Shown in pieces: positions 24,301 to 39,300 of a stretch of DNA of 64,000 nt (positions are counted from its first letter, which is position 1; each line of letters starts with the position of its first letter). Under the pieces are notes generated by a model. The model did not search any database and was not told the origin of the DNA. It saw only the letters and a program-made list of their open reading frames with translations. The position numbers and the translations under genes are program-made. Source of the DNA: Narcine bancroftii (Eukaryota); the NCBI RefSeq assembly GCF_036971445.1, contig NC_091482.1, forward strand, positions 20,026,001 to 20,090,000, in the 5' to 3' direction.

Positions 24301-27300
24301 GTCTTTAATTCAAGTTTATTATCGTCTGGCTGTACATATACAACCAGACAAAACAATGTTTCTCCAGACCATGGTGCACACACATACACAAAACACAGCA
24401 CCTAATAATCACACATACATATATATATATAGATGTAATTTTAAATAAATAAATATTCATAAATATCTTGGGAAGATTCACTCAGTTCATCAATCTCACA
24501 ATCTGGGGGGGGAGGGGGGGGAGCCATTTCACCGCCAACTCAGTTTTAGCTTGTAATTGTACCAATGAGATCAAAAAGAACCGCTGAACATAGTAATTTC
24601 TTCTTTGTGGAATTATAATGCCTCAGTGAATTAAAGAGATAACTGTAAATGTCACCCAGTCTTTCTGCTTATTGAGAAACAAATGATTCTGATAATGAAC
24701 ATGTTTACGAGTAATTTGAACTAGTATATAGAGCTGCAGGGAAAGAAAGGACTGCTTAAAAACGCCTCACATTTTAAAATTTAAATTTAGACACAGCCCA
24801 TAGCACGTGCCGTCCAATTGACCTACAACCCCCCCCAGTACATTTTTGAATGGTGGAAGGAAACCTGAGCACCCAGGGAAAACCCATGCAGACTCGGGAA
24901 GAATATACAAACTCCTTACAGATAGGGCAGGATTCTAACTCCAGTCCTGATTGCTGGCGCTGAAGTAGTGTTACGCTAACCATTATGTAACTGTGCTGCC
25001 CACCTTGACTATCTTGAAGTCTTTGTGTAAGACTGGTTGTTCGGGAAAATCTGTAGTTGATGCAGAGAAATGTCATGTTATTTTTTTTGTCCTTGTAACA
25101 AGTATGCTTTATTTTCTAGATCCCAGCAACTGCAGGGAGCTTCTGTGCAAACCTACCTGTTGGAGAAAACACGAGTTGCCTATCAAGCTCCTTCTGAAAG
25201 AAATTTTCACATTTTTTATCAGGTTGGATTATAGTATTGCGTGTAATGTGGCTTTGTGATCTATGGGAATATAAATTAGCAAAAAATATAGCCATCATAG
25301 ATTAATGGGATAGAGTTCACAATTCAGTAATTCTGCCAATTGCTATCCATGAATGCTGCATTCACTGAATTTCTCCAGCACTTTTGTGTATTGCAAGTGT
25401 AGCTGGTGGTGAGCCTTCTTTGTGATTGCATCGATATGGAAGCTCTAGGAAAGTTCCTTGGAGATGATGACACCCAGGAATTTGAAGTTCTTGACTCTCT
25501 CCACTCCTGAGCCCTCGATGAGGACTGGGTCATGTTCCCATGACTTCCTCCTGAAGTGCGCAATCATCTTGATTTTGGAGATGTTGAGCGCAAGGTTGTC
25601 ATTATACCATTCAACAAGCTGATCTATCTCCCTCCTGTACTCTTCCTCCTTGCTTTTTGTGATTCTGCCGACAACTGTGGTGTCATTGACAATTGTGTAC
25701 ACTATAAAAGAAAAATAAGTGCCCAGTGTCTGGAATTCAAACAATTGGAAACCCAACCAACCAGTAAGATAGATAGATAATACATTTATATAATAAAAAA
25801 AGAAAATAAATCAAGACAAATAAAAATTTAAAATTGTAAAAGTAAATGTTCTCCAAAGCAACACACAACTCCTTGGTGAAGATGGAGGCAAATATTCAGC
25901 CAGTGGAGTGCCCCAGTCATGCCGCCCACACCAACTATTTGAATAAAATGGCGACGCCCAGAATGAAGAGCCTGCTGGGGCGACTCTCCCAAAGTGTCTC
26001 CCTATCCTTGCCTTGTAAGAGTCTTTATTAGTATTAAATATATTAGTATGGCTTTATCTATAAAAGTTTGGGGGGGGGGAGGTAATTATAGAGGCATGTT
26101 TAGCACAAGACTTAAAGGGCCAGCAACCGGGTTTCGAGCTGATTAATGTGAACTTTGTTCAGGACTACAATACTGATTTTTTTTCTTAAATTCAAATTAC
26201 TATACATTTTGCACTGTCTTTTAAACTGTTTATTCTTAATGCAGGTGTATTAAGTTTGACATTGTAAGCCATGTGTCTCTCAGTCAACCAGAAAATTTGC
26301 ATATCTGACATCAGCGATCCCCGAAGGTGCTGGGTACCGGGGATTTTCCCATATCAATCCTTGAATGGTGATTTGTATTAGGATCAAGCAAATGTTGAGA
26401 TATGTAAATGTTAAGCCAAATGATGTAAGTGCTTAGCAGGTCAGTTAGCTTCTGCAAACAGGTCAATTATATTTGAAAATATTATTGATTCTCTATATAC
26501 AATTTTAGTTTGGTTGCTCTGTTGAATTATTTTTTTTTTGTTGTTGTTTAAGTTTAGCTTTTTTTTCTCCTAAACAGTGGCTCTTTGCTTTCTGGTTTAC
26601 ATTAGAGTTGTAAAGTCAAGATTGGTGCCTACAAATAAGCTTTTGATATTGAAATCTTGGAAGGAATTTGATGTGTGAGAAATATTTGTAAAAGTAGCAA
26701 AATAGTTGAAATATTTTGCTGCTTTCTGCTAAAGCTTCTTCTTTGGCTTGGCTTCGCGGACGAAGATTTATGGAGGGGGTAAAAAGTCCACGTCAGCTGC
26801 AGGCTCGTTTGTGGCTGACAAGTCCGATGCGGGACAGGCAGACACGATTGCAGCGGTTGCAGGGGAAAATTGGTTGGTTGGGGTTGGGTGTTGGGTTTTT
26901 CCTCCTTTGCCTTTTGTCAGTGAGGTGGGCTCTGCGGTCTTCTTCAAAGGAGGTTGCTGCCCGCCAAACTGTGAGGCGCCAAGATGCACGGTTTGAGGCG
27001 TTATCAGCCCACTGGCGGTGGTCAATGTGGCAGGCACCAAGAGATTTCTTTAGGCAGTCCTTGTACCTTTTCTTTGGTGCACCTCTGTCACGGTGGCCAG
27101 TGGAGAGCTCGCCATATAACACGATCTTGGGAAGGCGATGGTCCTCCATTCTGGAGACGTGACCCATCCAGCGCAGCTGGATCTTCAGCAGCGTGGACTC
27201 TATGCTGTCGACCTCTGCCATCTCGAGTACTTCGACGTTAGGGATGTAAGCGCTCCAATGGATGTTGAGGATGGAGCGGAGACAACGCTGGTGGAAGCGT

Positions 27301-30300
27301 TCTAGGAGCCGTAGGTGGTGCCGGTAGAGGACCCATGATTCGGAGCCGAACAGGAGTGTGGGTATGACAACGGCTCTGTATACGCTTATCTTTGTGAGGT
27401 TTTTCAGTTGGTTGTTTTTCCAGACTCTTTTGTGTAGTCTTCCAAAGGCGCTATTTGCCTTGGCGAGTCTGTTGTCTATCTCATTGTCGATCCTTGCATC
27501 TGATGAAATGGTGCAGCCGAGATAGGTAAACTGGTTGACCGTTTTGAGTTTTGTGTGCCCGATGGAGATGTGGGGGGGCTGGTAATCATGGTGGGGAGCT
27601 GGCTGATGGAGGACCTCAGTTTTCTTCAGGCTGACTTCCAGGCCAAACATTTTGGCAGTTTCCGCAAAGCAGGACGTCAAGCGCTGAAGAGCTGGCTCTG
27701 AATGGGCAACTAAAGCGGCATCGTCTGCAAAGAGTAGTTCACGGACAAGTTTCTCTTGTGTCTTGGTGTGAGCTTGCAGGCGCCTCAGATAGCTAAAGCT
27801 ATTGATTCAGCAATTATCTGAAATATTTATTAATGTAATATTTCCTCAGATAGTGAAAGGAGCCACGAAGGAACAGAAATCAGAGTGGGGTGTTCTTGAA
27901 GCTGCAGAGTTCTTCTGGTTACCAAATGCTGAGAAGGCTTTAGAAGGTTAGACTATCTGAAACTGCTTTTAACTCCAGTGAGATAATTGTATATACTTTT
28001 TTTATAAAAGTACAGTAAACTTGTGGATGTATTTATTTGTTAATTATTTCTGCTATCTGCATATCAAGAATTGAATATGGTATTGTTTTTTTTGGACTGT
28101 TGACTTCCAGCTGAGTAAATTGTGTTCATTGGCTGTACTCATTTGAATGGAGATTTTACTATGAAAGAGATTATGGAATCCCTTCTCTTTTCTGTCTAAA
28201 ATTGTGTTCATTAAATCATGATTTTCAGACTTTATCCTTTTGAAGACCTGATGCTTTCCCTTGATTATCATAACTTTTTACTTATCTATCTTGCACATAT
28301 TAATTCTGTCAAGTAAGTTATAGGGCACAGTTCAAAGTAATATTTGGCTAGTTTAATGATAAACTGATCTAAATGAGAAGGAGATGGAGGTGAGGAGTCA
28401 GAAAATAAGAATGATGGAAAAAGTTTTCTTGGGTAATCTTCAACATATTGGACAAATTATTTTGCAATCTTGTTCTGCAGAGGATCACTTGGATGAAACC
28501 AGAAATGCAATGCTCCATTTGGGTATTGATCATGGCAGACAACATCAAGTGTTCAAGGTACGTGGACATTGTAATTTAGTGATCTAAGTAAAATTTTATT
28601 AACATGGATTGCTCAAAAGTCCTTTCTTTAATAAACATACTACTATATTAAAAAAATACTGTAAGATTGGTGTAGAAAGCTACCAGTGGCTAAGGTTTAA
28701 TCTTTCTCTTCTGGCATGACACCCATTCAAATGCTGTAGCTAAGTTATTCTGGTGTCTCAAATTTTGAATTACCATTTCACTCCTGGTCCTTGTTAAGGA
28801 TGGTTTACAGTCCCTAACCCTTTAATATCAAATGCAGTAAAATTCTGAAAACCCATTTTCCATCGCAAAGTTCAGTACCTTTATATTCACTATTACGAAA
28901 CTAAAAATTAACACGTTAAGTAACTAAAAACGGTTTTTAAATTACTGTACTGCCCTAAGCAAACATATCAATTTTGTTCTGTTTGTTATTGTTTTTCCTC
29001 TATTCTGGCTTCTTGATGCTTGTTTTCCATAGATTCTAGTTGGCCTTTTACATCTTGGCAATGTGCAGTTCAACTCTCCAGTGGATGAGTCTTGTGCCTG
29101 TGATCTCAAAGCAGAAGCTAAGAGTAAGAAAAGTGAAATAGATTGATTTTTTTTTTAAGCAATTAATTCCCGATGTTCTGGAAAAGTTGTGGTTTAAAAC
29201 CTTTCTGGCTATTGTCCACCCTCTTTGCTTTATTACTTTGAGAACACAATTTAGTTAATATTTGGTTTGCAATTTTCTGTCTTGTTAGTTTTGCTGATTT
29301 TCTTAATCATGATTCCTTTAGGCTTTCTTACAACCACTGCAAATCTTCTGAAAATTTCTCAGGATGACCTTTTTGAACAGATCAGAATTCGGACTATAAA
29401 AGCAGGCAGACAGCAACAGATCTTTAAAAAACCATGCTCTAAAATTGAATGTGAGACAAGAAGAGACTGTGTGGCAAAAGTTATCTATGCGAAGTAGGTG
29501 GCATTGTCTTTATCTAAAAATTTATGAAGTTGAATTGCATTTGTCCTATTATATGGTGACCAAAAATTATCAGTTAGTTTTACCAAATAGAAAATCCAAC
29601 AGGTGGATCCTGGATTGTAAAATGTCTTAAGCTTGCTCTTGACTTGCTTTGATTTCATGGGTAGCCCTGTTGATGTTGTAAATTAATGGTCTCAATGAGT
29701 TAATAACTTGCATAGTAGACAGACAAAAGGTACTGCAATTATTATATTCATTTAATTTGCAATAAAGTGAGACTGCCAAAGGTGCTGCCATTTCAAAATA
29801 GATATTAAAACCATCTACATTTCAGTGAATGCAAAACATCTTGTAAGATTATTCAAAGTAAATGACCATTTTCAATTATTTTTAAGTTAATTAACTGATC
29901 TTACAAACAGAAAATGAATGAATGATCTTGTACTGGAGTTACAAAGAACATGACAGATGTGAAGTGGTTTGATTTATTTTGACAATGTGATGTATTTTCT
30001 TTACTTTAATGGTGAGCTAAATAAATCACTTATTTATTTGATATCTTGTCAAATATTTATAAAAGCAGATTTATTTCAAAATGATGATTTTGGACTTTAG
30101 TTAGGATTGGTAAATTTGCAAATTTTAAGTGAATGACCAGATAATTGATAATTGACCCTATCGTTTTAATCAACCTACCTTTATAAGCCAGAATGTAGAG
30201 GAATTTATTCCTTTAAAAAAAAATTTGGCATGATCTCCCATCATTTGAGTTGGATGATCTATCCGTAAAGTATTGAAATTGCCACATGATTTAAGCTTAC

Positions 30301-33300
30301 ATATGTAAATCTTTTCGTCTAAGAATTTTTTTTGTAGTTTGTGATAACTGCTTTATTACAGGATGTTTGACTGGCTGGTAAAAGTTATAAATGCCTCCAT
30401 TTGCTCGCCTTCTTTTGGATGGACTAATTTTATAGGTATGTTTTATAAATTTTATATTCAAAATAGTTACACAATTGGTTCTTCCACAAGTTGTTTTTTG
30501 TTAAAGTTAAAGATAATCAAGTGACTTGGTATTCTAATCAGAAAGTGGATTTAAAATATTAAATTCATTTATCTTCTGAATGGAAAATATAGTCATCAAG
30601 CAGAGAATCAAACTCTAGTCCATCATGTCCAGGTTGACCATCAAATACTTACCCATCCCCAATCCCCTTTACAATTGGTCCATACCTTGCAATTCCTTAA
30701 TAATTCAAGTGCTTGTCAAATGCTTCTTAAATGCTGTGGGAGTTCCTGTCTCCACCTCATTCTCAGGACAAGCATTACAGACTTCAATCAATTTCTGCGT
30801 GAAAAAATGTCCTCTGATCCTCTCCCTGAACCTAGTCACCTAAACCTCTGCCATGAGAAATGTTTCTTACCATTGATCACTCTAAAAAAATTTTGATTAT
30901 CTCTCTCAAATTTGTCATCAGCCATCTCAGAAAAGAAATCCAACCTCTCCCCACATCTGAAATGTTTTGTCTTGTGCAATATCCTGATGAATCCCTTCTG
31001 TATCCTCTCCAATGTAATTGCTACACAAGACACAATATGTTCCAGCTGTGGCCCAGTATTTTATAAAGTTGTACTAAGATATCCCTGCATATGTATTCTG
31101 AGTTCCAGCTAGTGTAGGCAACTTGTAGCTTCTTCACCACCTTATTTCCATGTGCGGCCCCTTTCTGGTACCGTTAGGGCATTATATGAAAATCTCTGTT
31201 CCATAATACTCCTTGGGACCCTACCATTCTTCGACCAGTAAAACCCCTGGCATCCTATTGGGATTTGTAAATACCAGAGAAGTGCATTTTCCGGTTGCTT
31301 GAGACTTACTCTTAATACACCTGTATTAAGAATAAACAGTGTAAAAGATAAAAAATGCTATACTGTTCTTGCATTGAACAAACTTCACTTCAGATTCAGA
31401 TTTGACAACTCATATAACCGTAAGATAAATATAGGTTTCCCCCAACTTACGACCGTAATTGGGACTGAAGGATCGGTCATGTCTTGAAGTGGATGTAAGT
31501 TGGAATTTTTTCATTGCAGTTTTGATCACAACTCCTGAATTTGTTGATCATCCTTGGTGAATCTTTCCACATTCTGGTCCGCGCTTATCTTGTTAGTTGT
31601 GGTCCTGGGTCCGTAGGCTGGGCGCGGCCATCTTGATTCTTGTGCACATGTACAAGTCTTCAGTTGATGCATGTGTGGTGGGTTCACATTATGGATGATA
31701 TCGAAGAGTTGACGATATTGAATTTGTGCCTTTAACTCTCGTGCATGCACCAACTGAACTCCAATACACGAACCCACTGCACATTTTGGCTCTTACACGC
31801 CCTGTATCCCTGTTATAGTTTTGTCTTTTATGTTTTTCAATATTTTTATTAACATTGAAATTTCATATCCAAAAATACAGAGTACATGCATGTTAAAAGT
31901 CAAGAAGATCATATCATTTCATCCAAGGTACCCAACATTTTTAATTAGATTATATGGTATTGATATTATATATATAAAAAAAAGAAAATCTAAACCCACT
32001 ACCAAGAAAGAAGCTGTTTGGCCAAAAAGAAGCAGAATTCTTATCAGTGATAAATTACCTCATTAAGTTGTAGTTTATTAAATATAACATAATCTGTATA
32101 AATTTTATATATAAAAAAAAAATTTCGGTTGTATGTGCAGATAGACATAAGTCGCATCGGTCGCAAGTTGTGTGTACCTGTATTGCATGAATATATAAAC
32201 GTAAAAGGATTTTAGTTTATTTTCAGTCACATTCTTTGAAAACATTTGCTGTTGCTACATCTGCAGGTTCCTCCCCATCCACAGAGCCATCTGAAAGACT
32301 AACAATAACATAGATAATTAACCCCCCTTCCCCCAAAGTTTACTGATAAAACTCATGACCAGGTGACTCTTACTAAGCAGGGATAAGGATACACTAAGAG
32401 TGTTACCCCAATAGCAAGCGGAATCAACCAGCTCTTCATCCTGGGCAACACCATTGCACAACTTTATTCAAACAGCTGCTCTAAGCAAAACACAACCAAG
32501 GCATTTCAGTGGCTGAATCATTCCTCCCATCTTCACCAAAGGGTTAAGTGTTGTACGTACACGACAGCAGTGATTTAAAAATGAGCCCAGACGGTGTTAT
32601 ATTTAAAATAATATTTTTAATTATTAATCAACAATTCTATAATGCCTAATAAAATTTAAATAACTTAGCTAAACTTAACTAAATTTATATACTATTATCT
32701 AACTTAACTCTAATTATGTGCAAATCTATTTGTGTGTGTGGAATACTCCAAGCCACTACAGCTCAAGGCTCAATTCTCGGAAGCCAATTCAAAGTTCAGT
32801 TTCATTAATTCAATGATGACATGTGGGCTTTAAACTGGGTGAAATTAGTAGTTCCTAAAGTGGGTGACAGAGACTTGGGGTGACAGAACATTGATTAGTC
32901 ATAACACCCTTATTGAGGTGCTTCAGAGAACTGTCCTCTTTAGATGAGTGCCTTCTTCTGCAGTTAGAAGCCTTTCTGTGGGTCAGTCGAAGTAAAATGC
33001 AGTATTTCTTCTGCAACTTTAAAACCCTTTTCGTGGGTCAATCGAAGTAGTCTCTCAACCCTCTAAGAAAAAGGAAGAAATCTGGTGTTCTGTCTATAAT
33101 CGCACAATTATAGACAGGTGGGTTTCTCGTTCCCACAAAGGAGATCGAAGAGCTGTTTACTCTTGCACTGCCTCCTGAACAAATGATACACTGTCTTTTA
33201 AGAAACTGGTCATATGGTCTTTTCACCAGGACTTCTGTGTTGACTGTATCCAGTAAAAGGAACATGATGTTCAAAGCTTGCTGTTAGTTTCACAGTCATT

Positions 33301-36300
33301 TCAAATCCTGCAGTCAGTTTGTTAAATCTTCACACAATAAAATGAACTGAAAAATGGGAGAGCATCAGTGTTACTTCAGAAAACATTCTTTCACAATTTT
33401 AAATCTGCGTGTTTTTTTACCTATTTATTTTCCTTGATGTTGTTTGCTAATTGCTTAAATTCTGGAAACCAGGGGTTTTGCTGTATTTATCCTTGTATCC
33501 TACTCTTATTTTAATTTTAAAACACTTTTTTAACTTTTTCTCCATTCTTGTACATCCACCATTGACCTTATTTATGTTCTACCATGTGAGAATTACATTT
33601 CAACTGGTATTGGTCTACCCAGCTTGCCAGCTGATTATTCTATAGCATAAAGATGCCCTCCTCGCTATCAATAGTGTCAATTTTCACTTCAACTGCAAAC
33701 TTCATTGACTTATCATCTGATTGTACAGGTATAACTGGACGAAACGGTGTTCTCTGGCCATTGGTGCAACATACTGCAAGCATACGTACACACATTTAAA
33801 TAAATATTTTGGTTAAATAAATAGTAGCGTCATGGAGGATTTATATGAGCAGTTCATTAGTTGTTTCACATTCTCACTGCCTGTTGGAAGAAGCTGTTTC
33901 TCAGCCTGGTTTTTCAGGCTGTATCTCTTTCCTAACTGGGAGTAGTTGGAAGATGCTGTGGTATGGATCCTCATTGATTTTGCAAGCACTCTTTAGACAA
34001 CAATCCTAGTAAATCCCATCAATTGGGGGTGGGGGACGACTGCACAGGTCCCAGCATTGAATCATTTTGGTACACTGATGGTCACAGGCATCCAATCACA
34101 AAAGTACTCTTCCATTATCACCCTCTGTCTCCTATTACAAGGCCAGTTTTCGATCTAAGTTACTCGCATGCCAACCTTTTAAATTATCTTCCATGTGAAA
34201 CCTTGTCAAAGGCCAAATTAAAGTTTATGTAAATCACATTCAACTGCAACACATCAATACATTTAATTACCTTTAAAAAAAAAAATTCTTGATTGAATTT
34301 GTCATCTAAAATCTCTCAGCAACAAACCTTGCTAACTCTCTCTGACTGGTTCCCACCTTCCTAGTGTCGATTTAAATGAATTTCATTTTGCTTCCTTGTG
34401 AACAATGAAAATTAATTAAGAGGAAAAGTGATTCATGATCCTTCAAGAAGTCAATAATCTTTTTCCATCAGAGTGGTTTTCTAAAATAATTCCAAACCCC
34501 CTGGCTATAATGTGATATTACCGTTAAACAGAAAGTGGTTATTAATAATTCCATGTATGGTCTGTGAAATTCCTTGCTCTTTTCAATAAAATCTTCAATA
34601 ATACACACCCAGTGTATTAACTGCAGAAATAAGGGATTGCAAGACATGAAGTGAGATAGTGAGCACTTAAATTTTGCTTTTCATTTTGAAATTAAGCCAT
34701 GAATTATTTTAAGTTGTTTATTGCAGCAAAACAATTGTATTCCAACTTATCTGGCAGGTCTACTGGATGTATATGGATTTGAATCTTTTCCTCAAAATAA
34801 TCTGGAACAGCTTTGCATCAATTATGCAAATGAGAAACTACAGCAGCACTTTGTAGCACACTATCTCAAGGCACAACAGGTACTTCAAGTCTTCGTTCCA
34901 ATGTATCCTTACCAAAACATAGTACTGATATTTTGCATGCACTTCCTCTGATGTCTTATGGTTTTTGGAAAATTAAATACCTAGATTCAATGGGAGTCTT
35001 AAAGGATATTGTCTGGTGTTTAATGTTTCTGGTTTTGAGACAGAACAGTAAATGGCTTCAAGATTCCATCTTACTTTTTGTTTCCCATTTCTCCCCACTG
35101 AGAAGTACAATTTCAACTCAAATGTAGAACACAAAAATGTTTGTTTCTAAATGCAGTAACTTTGGATTCATTCTATTTGAATTTGCACTATTTGTGCAAA
35201 GATGTTCGCCATATGTAAATGTAACTTCATTAATTTCAAGAGTAAGCAGATTAACGTAGTGAGATACAGAGCTCAGGTGCCTGGAAGATTTACTATCATA
35301 CATGTATTTTAATTTTAAAACACTTCAAATTTTTTTCTACATTCTTGTACATCCAACCCCCCCCCCATTTCCCTCCTTTCTGTTCTACCTTTCAGGACGA
35401 ATACACTTCTGAGGGCCTTGAGTGGTCTTTTATCAGATACCAAGATAATCAGAGGTGTTTGGATCTGATTGAGGGGAATCCCACCAGCATCTTTTCCCTT
35501 TTAAATGAGGTCAGTTATTTCTTCAAATGTGTCCTTTTGTTTGTAAACGTGCTGAATCTTGCACACAAATAGTGGTTTGGGTTCATTGATGTTCCCCACT
35601 TGGGAATTTGCCTTTTAATTTTTTTTACCTTTTGTCAGGGAAGAGATGAGTGTATCAAGCGTTTTGCTTTGGCGAATTGTCACTTGTCGTTACATCTCTG
35701 AAGCCTACCAGAGCATGTCACTGTTAAATTTATTAACTTTCTTTTCCAGTATCAAGTGACTGAAATTTCTAATCTACTTCAACCATCTACTGCAATATTC
35801 TCTCATTCAAAATAAATGTTTACTATCAGCCAGTAGTAGCTTTGTGCTGCAAAGTGCCCACTTATCTCACTGGTAGCACTTTAATCTGAATCACTCGGGT
35901 ATATGCTTGACTGCCACCTCTTGAATTGAGCACAACCAGGAAAGTTTCCTCAAGCAATATGCAAATAGCCTTCACGAGGCATGGCAAGCCATGGAAGTGT
36001 CAGTGGTGCAGTACTTTGTGTCAAGTGATCATAACTCTATTAGTTTTGAATTAGTTAAGGAGAAAAAGGACTGGTCCACATGGCAGAGTCCTAAACTTGA
36101 GTAAGACCAATTTTGATGGCGTTAGACAGGAACTTGATTGGGATAGGATGTTTGCAGGTAAAGGGACATCTGGCAAGTGGGAGATTAAAAGTAAAGAGCA
36201 AGGGTAGCAGGATTAGGGAGCCATAGATGATGAGAGAGATTGAGACTCTGGTCAGGGTAAAGGACAAGTTGTACATCAGTCATAGGCTGCTGGGATCAAG

Positions 36301-39300
36301 TGAATCTTCTGAATAGAAAGGATGTAGGGCAAAAATAGGACATAGCTTTGGCAGGTTAAAGGAGAATGCTAAGGAATTCTATATGTATACGAAGAGCAAA
36401 AGGGTTTTTGGGGAGACAATATATCCCTTTAGGCCTCAAGGTGGGTTTTTTTTAAAGCATAGAATCACAGGAGATGGGAGAGGTCATTATATTTCTTGTC
36501 TGTATTTACAACAGAGAAGGTCATGGAAACCAAGAAATTCAGGGAAGAGAACAATGTTGTCTTGAGGCATATCCACATTACAAAAGAAGGTGCTGGCAGT
36601 CATAAAATGATGGCAAATGACTGAAGACAGTCTTCCTTAAAATCACTTTTTATAGATGTGGTGAGATATTTGAGTACTTCTGATTCTGGATACTAATTGG
36701 CCTCTGATCTTTTTATCTGTGCTTGGGTTTCACTTCAAATTTCTTTCTCCGTAGGAGAGCCGCCTTAACCGAAGTTCAGATGAAAACCAATTCAAAACTC
36801 GTCTACAGACAGCTCTGGCAGATAACAATTGTGTGAGCTGGGATGTGTTCAGCAAGGTTCCAAACTTCATCATTGCTCATTATGCAGGAAAGGTCAATTA
36901 CCAGATTGAGGGAATGATGGAAAAGAACAAAGTAAGAACACTCAATATTCATGTGGCATTTATTGAATACTCAGTAAATGAGTCATGAGCCTTCTGAAAC
37001 TACACCATCCCACAATCCAGTAGTCTATTATGTGCTCAAGTTCTTGGCTGATCCCTAAACCTGCTGACTTCTGACTTAAAATAGTGTCGAGTTGAATAAT
37101 ATTTATTTGCCATTGCTTTACTTCCCTTAAAACGGCACAAATGTTTGGTATGAAAATTGCTTTGCACTGATTTGAAATTAAAAAAAAACAGTGGTGGAAA
37201 ATCTCAATCAAGCAGCATCTGTCAAGGTTAAAGATGTATGTTGACGTTTCTGGTTGAGACCTTTCATTGGGACTATGAGGGAGGAGGAAAGATGGCCAGT
37301 ATTTAACAATCTGAGGGAGGGTGGGACAGAGACTTGCAGGTGATGGGTGGAAACTGAAGGGTCAGTGAAATCAGGGAGAGGGAGGGAATAGAAATGGTGA
37401 ATAAAAGAAAACTAGGTGGACAGGAGAATGAATGTGAGAGGAATACAGCTTGTTGGTTATGTGAAATTGGAAAATTCAAGATCCACGTTAATGTTTCACG
37501 TGTCACCTACCAACCCCGTTCCATCTATTGGATAATTTAGGCCAAAAATTAGTCCTGCTTCAGGACTGAGAATGGAGTGAGAAGGCAATAATAAAGAGGA
37601 GAGGACAAGGGGTCTGGGTCTAGTAGCTGGGGTGGAATTAGGAGACAGTGATAGGTGAAAGAAGACAAAAGTGGGAGAGGGCTGATGGAGACACTGATGG
37701 AGTAGGGAGATCAGTGGCCTGATGGGAACAAAATAAAGGGGATATGGGGGGAGTGGTGTGCCTCGTGCCTCGGAGTGAAATGGTGGATGGGAGTGAGAAA
37801 GAAGGATACTGAGTTGCTTGAAATTGGAGAATTCACTGTTTGTGGTATTGGGTTGTAGACTGCCTAGGCCAGTGATTCTCAACCTTTTTTCCCCACTCAC
37901 ATACCACCTTAAGTAATCCCTTACTATCCACAGATCACCTATGGCATCCTATAGCACCCATCCCTCTCTTTTAATTTTGCCCGTCTTCCCTCCCTATTTT
38001 TAATTTTTTTTAAATTTTTCACACTATGAACCATATTAACCAAAATACACACAAACATTTCCCTCTTGAATATACACAATGTTATTTCCCCCCCTCCCTT
38101 CCCTCCCTCCTTCCCACCCCCCTCCAAACCCATTAAATGTTCAACATATACAATACAATAAACCCATTAAACAATGTCATCACACAATGAAAATAAACAA
38201 GAAAATTGTGTCATCTACTTTTACATACTGGGTCAGTTCATTTCGTCTTCTTCTCATTCTGTCATTTTAGGGGGTGGAGGTCTGAGGCAAGCCCACTCTG
38301 TTGTGTTCCATGTATGGTTCCCAATAATGTGACTTTATTTTTTAAATTGTATGTTATTTTTTCCAATGGAATACATTTATTCAATTCTATGTACCATTGC
38401 TGTACTCTCAGGCTCTCTTCTGATTTCCAAGTTGACATTATACATTTTTTTGCTACAGCTAAGGCTATCATAATAAATCTTTTTTGCGCTTCATCCAGTT
38501 CAAGGCATAATTCTTTACTTCTTGTATTACTTAGAAGAAAGATCTCTAGATTTTTTGGTCTGTTGCTTTTTGTGATTTTATTTAATACCTGATTTAGATC
38601 TTCCCAAAACTTTTCCACTTTCTCACATGCCCAAATTGCATATTCTCGTTTCCTTCTTACAGCGAAAACATCTATCTGATAATGTTGGATCCCATTTATT
38701 TAACTCTTGGAGCGTGATATATAGCCTGTGTAACCAATTATATTGTATCATGCGTAACATCGTGTTTATTATATTTCTCATATTTCCGGAGCATAGCTTT
38801 TCCCATATTTCATTTTTATCTTTGTTTAGATCTTGTTCCCACTTTTGTTTGGGTTTATAGCTTATTTCATCATTTTCCTTCTCTTGCAGCTTAATGTACA
38901 TGTTTATTATGAATCTTTTAATTATCATTATGTCTGTAATCACATATTCAAAGCTGCTTCCTTCTGGTAATCTCAGTCTGCTTCTCAGTTTGTCGTTTAA
39001 GTAGGTTTTCAGTTGGTGGCATGCAAACATTGTACTGTGAGTTATTCCATATTTGTACTTCATTTGTTCAAATGATAATAAATTATTTCCCAAAAAATAA
39101 ATTTCTATTCTTTTAATCCCTTTTCTCTTCCATTCTCTAAAGGAAAGGTTACCTATTGTGAAAGGGATTAGTTGATTTTGCGTCAATAATAATTTTGGTA
39201 GTTGGTAATTTGTTTTTTTTTCATTTCTATGTGAATCTTCTTCCAAATGTTGAGCAGATGGTGCAGTACTGATGAATTTCTATATTGCACCAGTTTTTCA

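Larger units (their letters stand above)
31236..33483. mobile_element. Tigger/pogo-like MITE family A, interrupted by two insertions
   Basis: CAGTAAAACCCC ... GGGGTTTTGCTG|TA ends; colinear with 19839-20529 in three pieces. Confidence 0.7.

Noticed and set aside
24772-25003. tRNA gene
   Set aside because: A/B-box-like head is followed by a SINE core and no cloverleaf; it is a tRNA-derived SINE.
26793-27680. 295-aa ORF as a host or domesticated gene
   Set aside because: C-terminal part of an RTE LINE, 5'-truncated with TSD and tail, and no real start codon.
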